Assembly: GCA_963738405.1 (NCBI GenBank)
Contig: CAVTWJ010000014.1
Coordinates: forward strand, 192,001 to 256,000
DNA from: a candidate division FCPU426 bacterium
GTDB lineage: Bacteria; Oederibacteriota; Muellerivitia; Muellerivitales; Muellerivitaceae
DNA: 64,000 bases
Direction of reading: 5' to 3'
The notes below the pieces were generated by a model. The model ran no database searches. It was not told the origin of the DNA and saw only the letters and a list, made by a program, of their open reading frames with translations. This document shows positions 20,653-29,253 of the stretch, piece by piece (positions within the stretch are counted from its first letter, which is position 1; every line of letters begins with the position of its first letter). The translations under genes were made by a program, and so were the position numbers.

Positions 20653-23600
20653 TTATCCCAATATTAGGATTTTGGAGAGGACCGAGCTCTTTTGTCCGTT
20701 GGACTCCACCGAGACCCGCAGGATGTAGACCCCGTTGGCAAGATGCGATCCCTTGATCGCCCGCTCGTTCCAGTAAAGCTCATGCTCCCCGGTCGTCCCA
20801 TAGGCCCCGCCCGTGACCGTCTGGGTCCAGATCAGCCTCATGGCCATGGTGTAGATACTCAAGGTGATCTTGGCGTTCGGGTCCAATAAAAGTGGATGAT
20901 TGGCAACTAACAATGAAGCCACCGCCCCGGTCTGATTTCCATTAAGAACAAACGAAAGAGTTGTTCCGTTTCCGGTCGAGGGGTTCGGAAAAGCCACCGC
21001 ACTGGCTACCGTCAAGGCCGCCGGAGCCGCCACTGGCTCTTGGCCCCAAGTCAGTGTTCCGTTCAAGTATCCGGTCACCTGTATCCAATCGGTGAAGCTC
21101 GTGTAGGCTGCGAAGCTCCAGTCATTGCCCTGGGCCATATTGCTCCAGTCGTTCTTGTTGAACCGGCTCTGGATTTGAATCGCCTGGCCCGGCTGCAAGA
21201 CCATGTTCCCCGTAAAGGTGTAAAGCACGTAGTTGGTCTGTCCTCCCAAGCTGGTTCCCTGCACTGACACCTGCACGTCGCCCGTAGCTGTGGTACCCGC
21301 CGGCATCAACCCAGCCCAATCCACAAAGGCTTGAACCGTCTGGTTCGTGCAATCGCAGTTAAACCAGTACTTCACCTGCACGTTGTTCAGGCTCAAGGGT
21401 CCGGTACCAGTGTTGACCACCTGGATCTGAGGATGGGGGCTGTTGGTGGTGCCGCTGGTCACTCCGCTCAGCAATTGAATCTTGAAGCTCGTGCTGGCGA
21501 CTATTACGGTGGGGGTCGGGGTGTCCGTCGGCAAAGGAGTAACGGTGAAAGTCATGGTCGGAGGGACAGGGGTCCTTGATGGAGTGGGAGAGGCTGTCCT
21601 CGTGGCGGTTCCAGTGGGTGTGGAAGTTCCCGTCGAGGTCGGAGGAACCGGTGTATTGGTTCGGGTAGCGGTAGAAGTAGAAGTGGAAACCAAGGTGTTC
21701 GTTGCGGTGGCTGTTGGCGGCAGAGCCGTAAAGGTGGAAGTGGGTGTTCGAGTTGGGGACGAGGGCACCGGGCTATTGGTATTTGTGGCTGTTGAGGTAC
21801 TCGTCGGTGGAACAGGCGTTGCAGTCCTCGTGGTGGTAGGCGGCACAGGGGTTGAAGTCGATGTGGAAGTGGGTGGAACAGGGGTACTTGTAGAAGTTGC
21901 GGGTACGGGTGTGCTGGTCGAGGTTGGCGGCACAGGCGTTTGAGTCATGGTGGGGGTAGCGGGAACGGGTGTGTTCGTTGTCGTGGGAGGAACAGATGTG
22001 CTTGTTGATGTTGCGGGCACAGGGCTGTTAGTGCTCGTAACGGTGGGAGGCACGAGAGTTGAAGTAGAGGTCGCGGGGACAGAAGTGCTGGTAGATGTTG
22101 GCGGGACCAAAGTGTTTGTAGATGTAGGCGGTACCGGGCTATTGGTATTCGTTGCCGTAGGCGGCACAGGTGTTTGAGTTGAGGTTGGGGATGGCGGTAC
22201 AGGACTATTCGTAGCGGTTGCGGTGGGCGGCACGGCCGTATTGGTTTTCGTGGAAGTCGCGGTGGCCGTTGGCGGAATGGAAGTATTGGTAGATGTAGGT
22301 GGTATAGCTGTATTCGTTCTCGTGGCGGTAGCCGTCGAAGTGGCCGTGGTGGTGGGTGTGGAGGTCGGCGGAACGGCCGTATTGGTCTTAGTTGCGGTGG
22401 CCGTACCTGTCGCGCTCGCCGTGGGAGTATTCGAGGGGGTGGGGGTGCGGCTCGGGGTGGAACTAGACGTGCTGGTCGCTGTCGGTACCGCCGTGTTCGT
22501 TCGGGTCGAGGTTGCGGTGGGCGGCAGGGGTGTGTTCGTTTTAGTCGCGGTAGCGCCCGTCCCCACCGTGGGTGTGGGGGTTGGGAACCCGGTTAATTCG
22601 AGACGTAGGTAATCATATTCAAACCCGTTTCCAACACCCGCCCCGCCGGTCGCCCGCATACCGATATCGATCTCGTTCATTCCTGCCTTCAGTTTATTGC
22701 CCGCGAAGTTCAGGTAAGCGTCACCCCATGCCCCCTGAGAACCCAGACGAAGGATGGAATCAAAACTGACGTTCGGCGGGTAGAAGCCGGTGGTGGCGTT
22801 GGTGATCGTGGTGTAGTTTCCGTCGGTGGAACCCATAACCGAGGCGGTTTGGACGGTACCGTTGATGGTGAGGATGCAGGCCGAGCTGAAAGCGGAAGCG
22901 AAGGCGATGTATAGCCTTGCGGTTTGGGACGTCGTGGGTGCCGTTGCCAAGTTGAAAAAAATCTTGGACGTGGACCCATTGAAGCCTCCCGATCCATTGG
23001 AAACGGTCGGCTGGCAATAGTCCCAAGCGGTGCCGGGGTCGCTGGTCCCGACCACAAAACTGACCCCGTTGGGATACTGGGCGGGATAAGCCATGAAAGC
23101 GCCCCAAGCCGCCGGAACATCGTAAGGAGGGCCGCCCGCGTAGGCCGGCAGGATACCGCTATAGGGCGTCGATTGGTGTTCTCCATTATTGAACTCATTC
23201 GAATTTCGGTCGGGAGAGCCGATTTCCCACACGGTGGGCCCCAGGCGCAAGGGCGACCAGGTCAGGGTGCCCAAATTCAAAGACTGGCCTGCGGTTACAG
23301 AGACATTGGCCTGCTCAAAGGTTCCGATCACGCCGGGGCCGAAAGCCCAAAGGTTATAGGTTCCGGGCAACACATTGGGAATTGAAAATGTTCCTCCCGT
23401 TCCCGTGCGGACCCAAAACTGGCTGGTGAAGTACTGCTGTTGGAAATCCACCCCGCCATCGACCGGCGCAAGCCCGATCCACAAGCTGACTGGCGAGGTT
23501 CCCGGATTGTTCGGATCATTGATTCCGAGAGTACCGCTCACCGTGGCGCGGCTTGAAGCCTGGGGATAGACCGTGCCGGTTGCGCCGGCCACCGGTTGGG

Positions 23601-24615
23601 GGTTGAACCAAGTGTAGGGCCAAGCCGCCTGTTCCGCAGCCGCTTGGGCCTGGGCGTCCGCCCAAAGCACCCGAGCCTTGAGCGAAACGGGATCGCTGGA
23701 GGAACCGGTGTACTGGTTGGCGTAAATAAAAGCGGGTCCGAAGGTCTTGGATGAAAAAGTTCCCGCGGGCTGGTCTTGAGTCAGGCCGAACCCGTAGTGG
23801 CCGCCTCCGAACATGTCCAACAAAGTGTTTCCAATGTGCTCGGTGAGCTCCCGGTGCATCGGCCCGCCGTCTTCAAACTCGTGACTGGGCAGCGTCTGCC
23901 AGACGCCGTATTTGGAGGTCGAAGAAGCCCAACCCCAGGTATCCACTTGGCCCAGGGGAGAGCTGTAGGAATATTTGCAATTCGTGAGTCCGTTATAGGG
24001 TCCGGCGGTATATTGCATCACTTCCGGGGGCGCGCCCGGCACGGTGGTTACCGCGGTACTGGGAGGCGCCATCTGCCGGAATCGGTAGGGATCCACGCAC
24101 AGCCAGTCGAACGCGGAGCCGACGTACATATTGGTGCGCAGTTCGGCGCCGGGGTAGTCGGGGTAGCCTGCCTCGTGGGTGAGGACCATGGTGTCGTAGA
24201 TGCCCTGTTGTCCGCGCAGTAGATCGTAATAGACGGCCATGTCCATGGGGCTAGCGGTTGATTGCAGCCACACTTCCGCCTGGTTGCCGCCGTTGTTGGC
24301 GGGGTTCACGCTCAGCGTATAAACCGTATTGGCCAGGGTGGGCCCGCCGGAACCGTCGAAGTAAAAGTACCCTCCTCCGTTTCCTCCTGATAGGAGGTTC
24401 GTACCGTTGTAGGTGAAGTTGGTGATATTCCCGTTGGATTTGTTGATGGTAATAGAGACGATGCCGTTCGCGAGGACCACGGTTCCGCCGTTATCAGTCA
24501 CGGTCACGTTGGCGCCGGTGCCGGTACCGCCTCCGGCAACGTTCGCGAAGGTGTTAGGGACGCAAAATGAGACGGCTCCCAACAGGAAAAGGAAAATGAT
24601 TTTAATTCGGTTCAT
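20653..24615 (-). CDS. Secreted PL4 rhamnogalacturonan lyase + PT linker + CBM3 + CTD/FlgD-like tail
   Basis: CKYSYS, EFEDGGP, GGGHYG, KTFGP, QFWVRT..FSIPNVLPGTYNLWA, WEIGSPDR, YDYLRLE; CBM3 VKYWF..QSRFNKNDWSN. Confidence 0.88.
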   Translation of the reverse strand: MNRIKIIFLFLLGAVSFCVPNTFANVAGGGTGTGANVTVTDNGGTVVLANGIVSITINKSNGNITNFTYNGTNLLSGGNGGGYFYFDGSGGPTLANTVYTLSVNPANNGGNQAEVWLQSTASPMDMAVYYDLLRGQQGIYDTMVLTHEAGYPDYPGAELRTNMYVGSAFDWLCVDPYRFRQMAPPSTAVTTVPGAPPEVMQYTAGPYNGLTNCKYSYSSPLGQVDTWGWASSTSKYGVWQTLPSHEFEDGGPMHRELTEHIGNTLLDMFGGGHYGFGLTQDQPAGTFSSKTFGPAFIYANQYTGSSSDPVSLKARVLWADAQAQAAAEQAAWPYTWFNPQPVAGATGTVYPQASSRATVSGTLGINDPNNPGTSPVSLWIGLAPVDGGVDFQQQYFTSQFWVRTGTGGTFSIPNVLPGTYNLWAFGPGVIGTFEQANVSVTAGQSLNLGTLTWSPLRLGPTVWEIGSPDRNSNEFNNGEHQSTPYSGILPAYAGGPPYDVPAAWGAFMAYPAQYPNGVSFVVGTSDPGTAWDYCQPTVSNGSGGFNGSTSKIFFNLATAPTTSQTARLYIAFASAFSSACILTINGTVQTASVMGSTDGNYTTITNATTGFYPPNVSFDSILRLGSQGAWGDAYLNFAGNKLKAGMNEIDIGMRATGGAGVGNGFEYDYLRLELTGFPTPTPTVGTGATATKTNTPLPPTATSTRTNTAVPTATSTSSSTPSRTPTPSNTPTASATGTATATKTNTAVPPTSTPTTTATSTATATRTNTAIPPTSTNTSIPPTATATSTKTNTAVPPTATATNSPVPPSPTSTQTPVPPTATNTNSPVPPTSTNTLVPPTSTSTSVPATSTSTLVPPTVTSTNSPVPATSTSTSVPPTTTNTPVPATPTMTQTPVPPTSTSTPVPATSTSTPVPPTSTSTSTPVPPTTTRTATPVPPTSTSTATNTNSPVPSSPTRTPTSTFTALPPTATATNTLVSTSTSTATRTNTPVPPTSTGTSTPTGTATRTASPTPSRTPVPPTMTFTVTPLPTDTPTPTVIVASTSFKIQLLSGVTSGTTNSPHPQIQVVNTGTGPLSLNNVQVKYWFNCDCTNQTVQAFVDWAGLMPAGTTATGDVQVSVQGTSLGGQTNYVLYTFTGNMVLQPGQAIQIQSRFNKNDWSNMAQGNDWSFAAYTSFTDWIQVTGYLNGTLTWGQEPVAAPAALTVASAVAFPNPSTGNGTTLSFVLNGNQTGAVASLLVANHPLLLDPNAKITLSIYTMAMRLIWTQTVTGGAYGTTGEHELYWNERAIKGSHLANGVYILRVSVESNGQKSSVLSKILILG

Positions 24616-24662
24616 AATTCTTTCCGCTTGCAGGCGGGTTTTTTAACCGGTAGCGCTTTCAC

Positions 24663-24674
24663 GTAACCGGTTAC
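24663..24674. promoter_or_regulatory. Perfect palindrome GTAACCGGTTAC, LacI-type operator candidate
   Basis: In the divergent intergenic region between PL4 and GH127/146 genes; adjacent GGTAGCGCTTTCAC is also LacI/cre-like. Confidence 0.55.
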
Positions 24675-24912
24675 AATTGGCTTAATTAAAGAAAAAGGTG
24701 CCTCTTCAAAGGCGCACTAATTTTAAGCCCTCTCTTTCTATTTTGTCCCCTCGAAAAGGAGCCTACAAAAGTAAAACGAGGAACGGGTTTAAAAGTAAAC
24801 AGGGTTTAACGCAATATCGATTCACTCCAAATGTGCTTTACTAAAACTTTACCGTGGAATAGCAAACTAAAATCCGCTTGTTTTTGATTCAATTCACTGG
24901 AAGATAGGTTCC

Positions 24913-26985
24913 ATGCCGGAAATCATCCCACCTCCCACTCCAAGCAGCCCCTCCAAACCCCGATCCCTCATGGTTCCCCTTCTTATATTAATCGTCATCG
25001 TATCGGGCATCCTGGCCTGGGCCCTTTACAAGCGCTCAGAAGAAAACCGGATGGCCAGCCACATGACCGCCCTGGAACCCCTGGTCTTCCAACCCCTCCC
25101 CTTGGGGGCGGTCAAACCACAGGGGTGGTTGTTGGATCAGTTGAAGCTCCAGGCTTCTGGCCTTTCCGGACATTTGGATGAGTTTTGGCCCGACGTGATG
25201 GGAAGCGGATGGATCGGCGGGAAAAACGAGGGCTGGGAAAGGGCTCCCTATTGGCTGGACGGCATGGTGCCCCTGGCCTATTTGACCGGCGACGAAAGGC
25301 TGAAGAAAAAGGCAACTCGCTGGATCGACTATATTCTCAAACATCAGTTGGCCGACGGATGGCTGGGGCCCGAAAAAAGCCCCCCGCCTTTTGGCAGTCC
25401 GCCTGGGGCCGAAGCCCCCAACCCAAGGGACCCATGGCCCCAATTCATTATCCTAAAAGTTCTGGCCCAATATGAGGAAGCCACCGGCGACCCTCGAGTT
25501 ATCCCGGCAATGGAAAAAGATATTCAAGCCATCAGCGCCCAGATGGACCGCAACACCCAAACGATCGGCCAGGGGCTTTATGCTTGGAACTTTTTCCGCT
25601 GGGGCGATTTCGCCCTGACCCTCGACTGGCTTTTTGACCGCACCGGCGAGCCCTGGCTCTTGGACCTGGAGCGCAAGGTGGCCAGCCAAGGCTACAACTG
25701 GGCCAAGCATTTCGACGACCTGCCGGTGAAGGAACGCTCCCCCCGCTGGAACTGGCTGGGACACGTAGTGAACAACGCCATGGGCCTCAAGACTCCCGCC
25801 CTGCTTTACCGCCTGACGGGCGACAGCTACTTTAAAAAATCGACCCTCAAGGAACTTGAAAACCTGGACCGCTACCACGGCGAACCCAACGGCCTGATGA
25901 GCGGGGACGAGTGCCTGGCGGGTTTGAGCCCTTCCCAGGGTACGGAACTTTGCGCCATTGTGGAAACCATGTTCTCCATGGAAAACCTGGTGTCATTGAC
26001 GGGCGAGGTGAAATATTCGGACCGGTTGGAAAAGGTGGCCTTCAACGCCCTGCCCGCCGCCATCACCCCCGACTTCTGGGGCCATCAATACGACGAGCAA
26101 TCCAACCAGATCGCCTGTGTCTATGACCGGGAACCCGTCTATACCACGAACCGGGGCGACGCCAATCTATTCGGATTAGAACCCCAATTCGGCTGCTGTC
26201 TGGCCAACTTTCACCAGGGCTGGCCCAAGTTCACTTCCCACCTTTGGATGGGCACCCCCGACGGGGGTTTGGCCGCGATCGCCTACGCACCTAGCCTGGT
26301 AGAAACTAACATCAACGGGAACCCAGTGAAGATTCAGTTAGTGACCGACTATCCCTTCAGCGAAGACCTGGTCTTCAACGTGACAGTACAACAGAGTCTG
26401 GAATTTCCCCTCTACTTAAGGATTCCTGCTTGGGCTAAGGGTGCAACCTTGAAGTTGCCCGATGGAACGGTGCAAAACCTGGAGACGGGTAAATTTAATA
26501 AAATCCTAAGGAAATGGACTGGTGGCGAAGCCGTCACTCTGCACCTGCCTATGGGCTTCCATGTGCGCAAGGGTTACAACGATTCTTTAAGCGTGGAACA
26601 CGGCCCCTTGGTTTACAGCCTGGGGCTCAAGGAAGAATGGCATAAATTTATGCCCTTCAAGCAACAGCCGCCGGGAGAAAAGAAGTACGACTACGCCATC
26701 ACGCCCCAAAGCCCCTGGAATTTCGCGCTGATTTTGGACCCCGGCAACCCGGATAAGTACCTGACCTTTGAGGCTGGCACCTTAAAAGGCAACCCCTTCA
26801 CTTTGGAGGGAGCCCCCTCGAAGGTGATGGTTCAGGGAAGAAGCATTGAGTGGGGCTACGATCACGGGGCCTTGATTCCCCCGCCCCAGAGCCCAGTGAA
26901 AAGCGCCAGCCCGCCTGAGAATTTAGTGCTGGTTCCCTACGGCTCGACCAAACTTAGGGTCACGGCCTTTCCCGAGACGAAATAG
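24913..26985 (+). CDS. GH127/GH146 beta-L-arabinofuranosidase-like protein with N-terminal membrane anchor
   Basis: LPLGAVKPQGWL, GWERAPYWLDG, GTELC, DRLEKVAFNALP, GCCLANFHQGWPK, TDYPF, LRIPAW. Confidence 0.88.
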   Translation: MPEIIPPPTPSSPSKPRSLMVPLLILIVIVSGILAWALYKRSEENRMASHMTALEPLVFQPLPLGAVKPQGWLLDQLKLQASGLSGHLDEFWPDVMGSGWIGGKNEGWERAPYWLDGMVPLAYLTGDERLKKKATRWIDYILKHQLADGWLGPEKSPPPFGSPPGAEAPNPRDPWPQFIILKVLAQYEEATGDPRVIPAMEKDIQAISAQMDRNTQTIGQGLYAWNFFRWGDFALTLDWLFDRTGEPWLLDLERKVASQGYNWAKHFDDLPVKERSPRWNWLGHVVNNAMGLKTPALLYRLTGDSYFKKSTLKELENLDRYHGEPNGLMSGDECLAGLSPSQGTELCAIVETMFSMENLVSLTGEVKYSDRLEKVAFNALPAAITPDFWGHQYDEQSNQIACVYDREPVYTTNRGDANLFGLEPQFGCCLANFHQGWPKFTSHLWMGTPDGGLAAIAYAPSLVETNINGNPVKIQLVTDYPFSEDLVFNVTVQQSLEFPLYLRIPAWAKGATLKLPDGTVQNLETGKFNKILRKWTGGEAVTLHLPMGFHVRKGYNDSLSVEHGPLVYSLGLKEEWHKFMPFKQQPPGEKKYDYAITPQSPWNFALILDPGNPDKYLTFEAGTLKGNPFTLEGAPSKVMVQGRSIEWGYDHGALIPPPQSPVKSASPPENLVLVPYGSTKLRVTAFPETK

Positions 26986-26987
26986 TT

Positions 26988-27425
26988 TTATTTAAGGGCT
27001 TTTTCGATCTTGTCCAAGTGGTTTCGCCGATGCAGGGCCCGATGCAAAAACCTTTCGTTCCCCACCTTCAAAAACTCGTCCACCTGCGCTTGGGTTAGTT
27101 TCTCAACCGTTTGGTCCGCGATCTCAGCCGCCGCCTTAGTGAATTTCACAACGGTTGCCGAAGGTATGGCTTCACAAAGAAGGTTTAATGGATCGTTGAC
27201 CGCGTCCGCATCGAGCGTGCCGGGCGCCTTGCCTTCCGAAATCCAGCGCTGAAACATGGTGGCTTGCCGGAAATCCCAAAAGGCCAAGTGGGCCAAGGTG
27301 ACCGATACCGACCAGCCGTTTGCCAAGCGGCGTTTGAAATCTTCCTCTTTTAAACCCGCCATGAGGGTTAAAAGCCTTTGACGCTCCTCTTGATTGTCCC
27401 GGATCATCGTTTGAAGATCGGCCAT
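26988..27425 (-). CDS. DinB/maleylpyruvate-isomerase-like four-helix protein
   Basis: GWSVSVTLAHLAFWD and C-terminal HRRNHL; GGAGGG RBS before ATG 27425. Confidence 0.75.
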   Translation of the reverse strand: MADLQTMIRDNQEERQRLLTLMAGLKEEDFKRRLANGWSVSVTLAHLAFWDFRQATMFQRWISEGKAPGTLDADAVNDPLNLLCEAIPSATVVKFTKAAAEIADQTVEKLTQAQVDEFLKVGNERFLHRALHRRNHLDKIEKALK

Positions 27426-27503
27426 ATTTCCCTCCGAATAGTGCATTTTGAGAAAAGAATGAATAAAGTAAACGCATCCTAAAACAACAGCGAGGGAAAA
27501 ACT

Positions 27504-28025
27504 ATGGAAGCTCCCCAATATCCCGTCGGTCCATATAATTCAGAAGAAGATAACCAGCCTTCCCGCCGTGAAGCATTGATTAGCGTGATCGAGAAGGCAC
27601 CCCAAGCCCTTCGGGAGGCGGTGAAAGGGCTCTCGGACGCCCAGTTAGACGCGAAATATAAGAACTGGACCATCCGCCAGATCGTGCATCACTTGGCCGA
27701 CAGCCACGTGAATAGTTATATTCGATTTAAGTGGGCCCTTACCGAGGATAACCCGGTCATCAAGGCCTATGACGACGGCAAATGGGCCGAATTGGACGAT
27801 TCCAAGTTGGGCCCAATTGAAGCGCCCCTAGCCATGATGGAAGGTGTTCATAAGCAGTGGGTTGTTTTATTGAAGTCCATGACTGACGATCATTTTGCCC
27901 GAACCTTCGTGCATCCCACCAATAATCGAGTGACCGTTCTTTCTAATGCGCTGGGCATCTATGCTTGGCATGGACGCCACCACACTGGACAGATACTTTG
28001 GATGAGGGAACAAAAGAAAGTCTAA
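27504..28025 (+). CDS. yfiT: YfiT/BstA-family (DinB) thiol transferase / metal-dependent hydrolase
   Basis: QYPVG, WTIRQIVHHLADSH, ALTEDNPVIKAYD, YAWHGRHH. Confidence 0.85.
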   Translation: MEAPQYPVGPYNSEEDNQPSRREALISVIEKAPQALREAVKGLSDAQLDAKYKNWTIRQIVHHLADSHVNSYIRFKWALTEDNPVIKAYDDGKWAELDDSKLGPIEAPLAMMEGVHKQWVVLLKSMTDDHFARTFVHPTNNRVTVLSNALGIYAWHGRHHTGQILWMREQKKV

Positions 28026-28185
28026 CTACGTTTCAATTAGTCCGAAGCGACAGATCAGACAGCCAATATCTTGAAGCCGGGTTTCCCAATCCTGCTTGGT
28101 TGTCGAACTTTCGGAAAGCTTCTCGATCTCTTTATTACGAAGAAAACAAAGATCTCGCGCCACATAAGACGAGATTATTCCTGTT

Positions 28186-29196
28186 TTATCCGCCCCTCAG
28201 TACGTATTTACCCGTTTTCTTGGTTCCAACCTTCTCAATCAGTCCGGCCTTCATCAACGGCCTTAAAAGATTCATGGCCCCCTGCTTTGAAACACCCAGG
28301 GCTTCCCATAATTCACGGGGCGTCAGGCTTCCACGATCCCTCAAAATGGTTAAAAGTTTTTCTTGGCGGGGCAAGAGAACAACCTTTTCCGAGCCCTTCA
28401 TGCCTTTCAATCGTTGACTCCGTTCCCAAACCCTCTCCAAGGTCAGCTGAACGGCCTTTGCGTTATATTCCAACCAGCTCGTTAAATCTTCTCCGTGGGT
28501 TCGGACCATTTCTAATTGCCGATAATAGGTCTCTCTCTCTTCCCAAAAAACCTCGTCCACGGAAAATATGTGATGGGTATCAAATCCAAATCTAAAGAGT
28601 TCCCAGAGAGAAAGCATTCTTCCCACTCGACCGTTCCCGTCCGCAAATGGATGAATAGCCTCAAATCGATAATGAAGAATCCCCGAAGAGATAACTGGCA
28701 GCCATACTTTAGACTCCATGTTCCACCATTCCAAAAGTTCGCGCATCAAACCACTAACCTGTGCAGGCGGTGGCGGAAGGTGCTTTCCTACCCTCACTTG
28801 AATTGTTCGATATCTTCCAACCTCACCTTGATCCATGACCTTTGAAGCCAAAAGCTTGTGGAGTTTGAACAAATCCTCGTGAGTTATCACTTTCTTTTTC
28901 GCATTTTTTTCAACAAACCTGAGTCCCGCAAAGTAATTGAGCACTTCCCGCTTCGAGCGTTCCATTGTGGTCGGGAGTTCTTTTCCCGCCTCCAATATCC
29001 GCACTTCCGCCAAAGTAAGGGGGTTTCCCTCGATGGCGGTAGAACTGTGCCCATTGCGGGCCCGGGTGTCTTTTTGAAGGGCCGGAATCCAGGATACCTG
29101 CAAGGTGGCAGCCTGGATCTTTTCCCGCAAAGCGGAGATATCCGACAGAGTTTTGACAAGATGGTGGGTAACTGTGAATTTAGGTTCGTAAGCCAT
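28186..29196 (-). CDS. Class II Fic protein with C-terminal winged HTH
   Basis: Catalytic HPFADGNGRVGR; inhibitory SSTAIEGN; C-terminal LTPRELWEALGVSKQGAMNLL..GLIEKVG. Confidence 0.93.
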   Translation of the reverse strand: MAYEPKFTVTHHLVKTLSDISALREKIQAATLQVSWIPALQKDTRARNGHSSTAIEGNPLTLAEVRILEAGKELPTTMERSKREVLNYFAGLRFVEKNAKKKVITHEDLFKLHKLLASKVMDQGEVGRYRTIQVRVGKHLPPPPAQVSGLMRELLEWWNMESKVWLPVISSGILHYRFEAIHPFADGNGRVGRMLSLWELFRFGFDTHHIFSVDEVFWEERETYYRQLEMVRTHGEDLTSWLEYNAKAVQLTLERVWERSQRLKGMKGSEKVVLLPRQEKLLTILRDRGSLTPRELWEALGVSKQGAMNLLRPLMKAGLIEKVGTKKTGKYVLRGG

Positions 29197-29202
29197 AAAA
29201 AC

Positions 29203-29243
29203 AGTCTAATTATTAGTCAATTATTAGTCAAGTTATGAGTCAA
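29203..29243 (-). promoter_or_regulatory. Sigma-70 promoter TTGACT-N17-TAGACT overlaid by three tandem direct repeats; probable leaderless fic mRNA
   Basis: Minus strand TTGACTcataacTTGACTaataaTTGACTaataatTAGACTgtttttATG; no RBS. Confidence 0.65.
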
Positions 29244-29253
29244 CTCGGATTAG

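Noticed and set aside
28026..28185. About 50-codon open minus-strand frame after fic
   Set aside because: No convincing start, RBS or recognisable motif; at most a gene remnant
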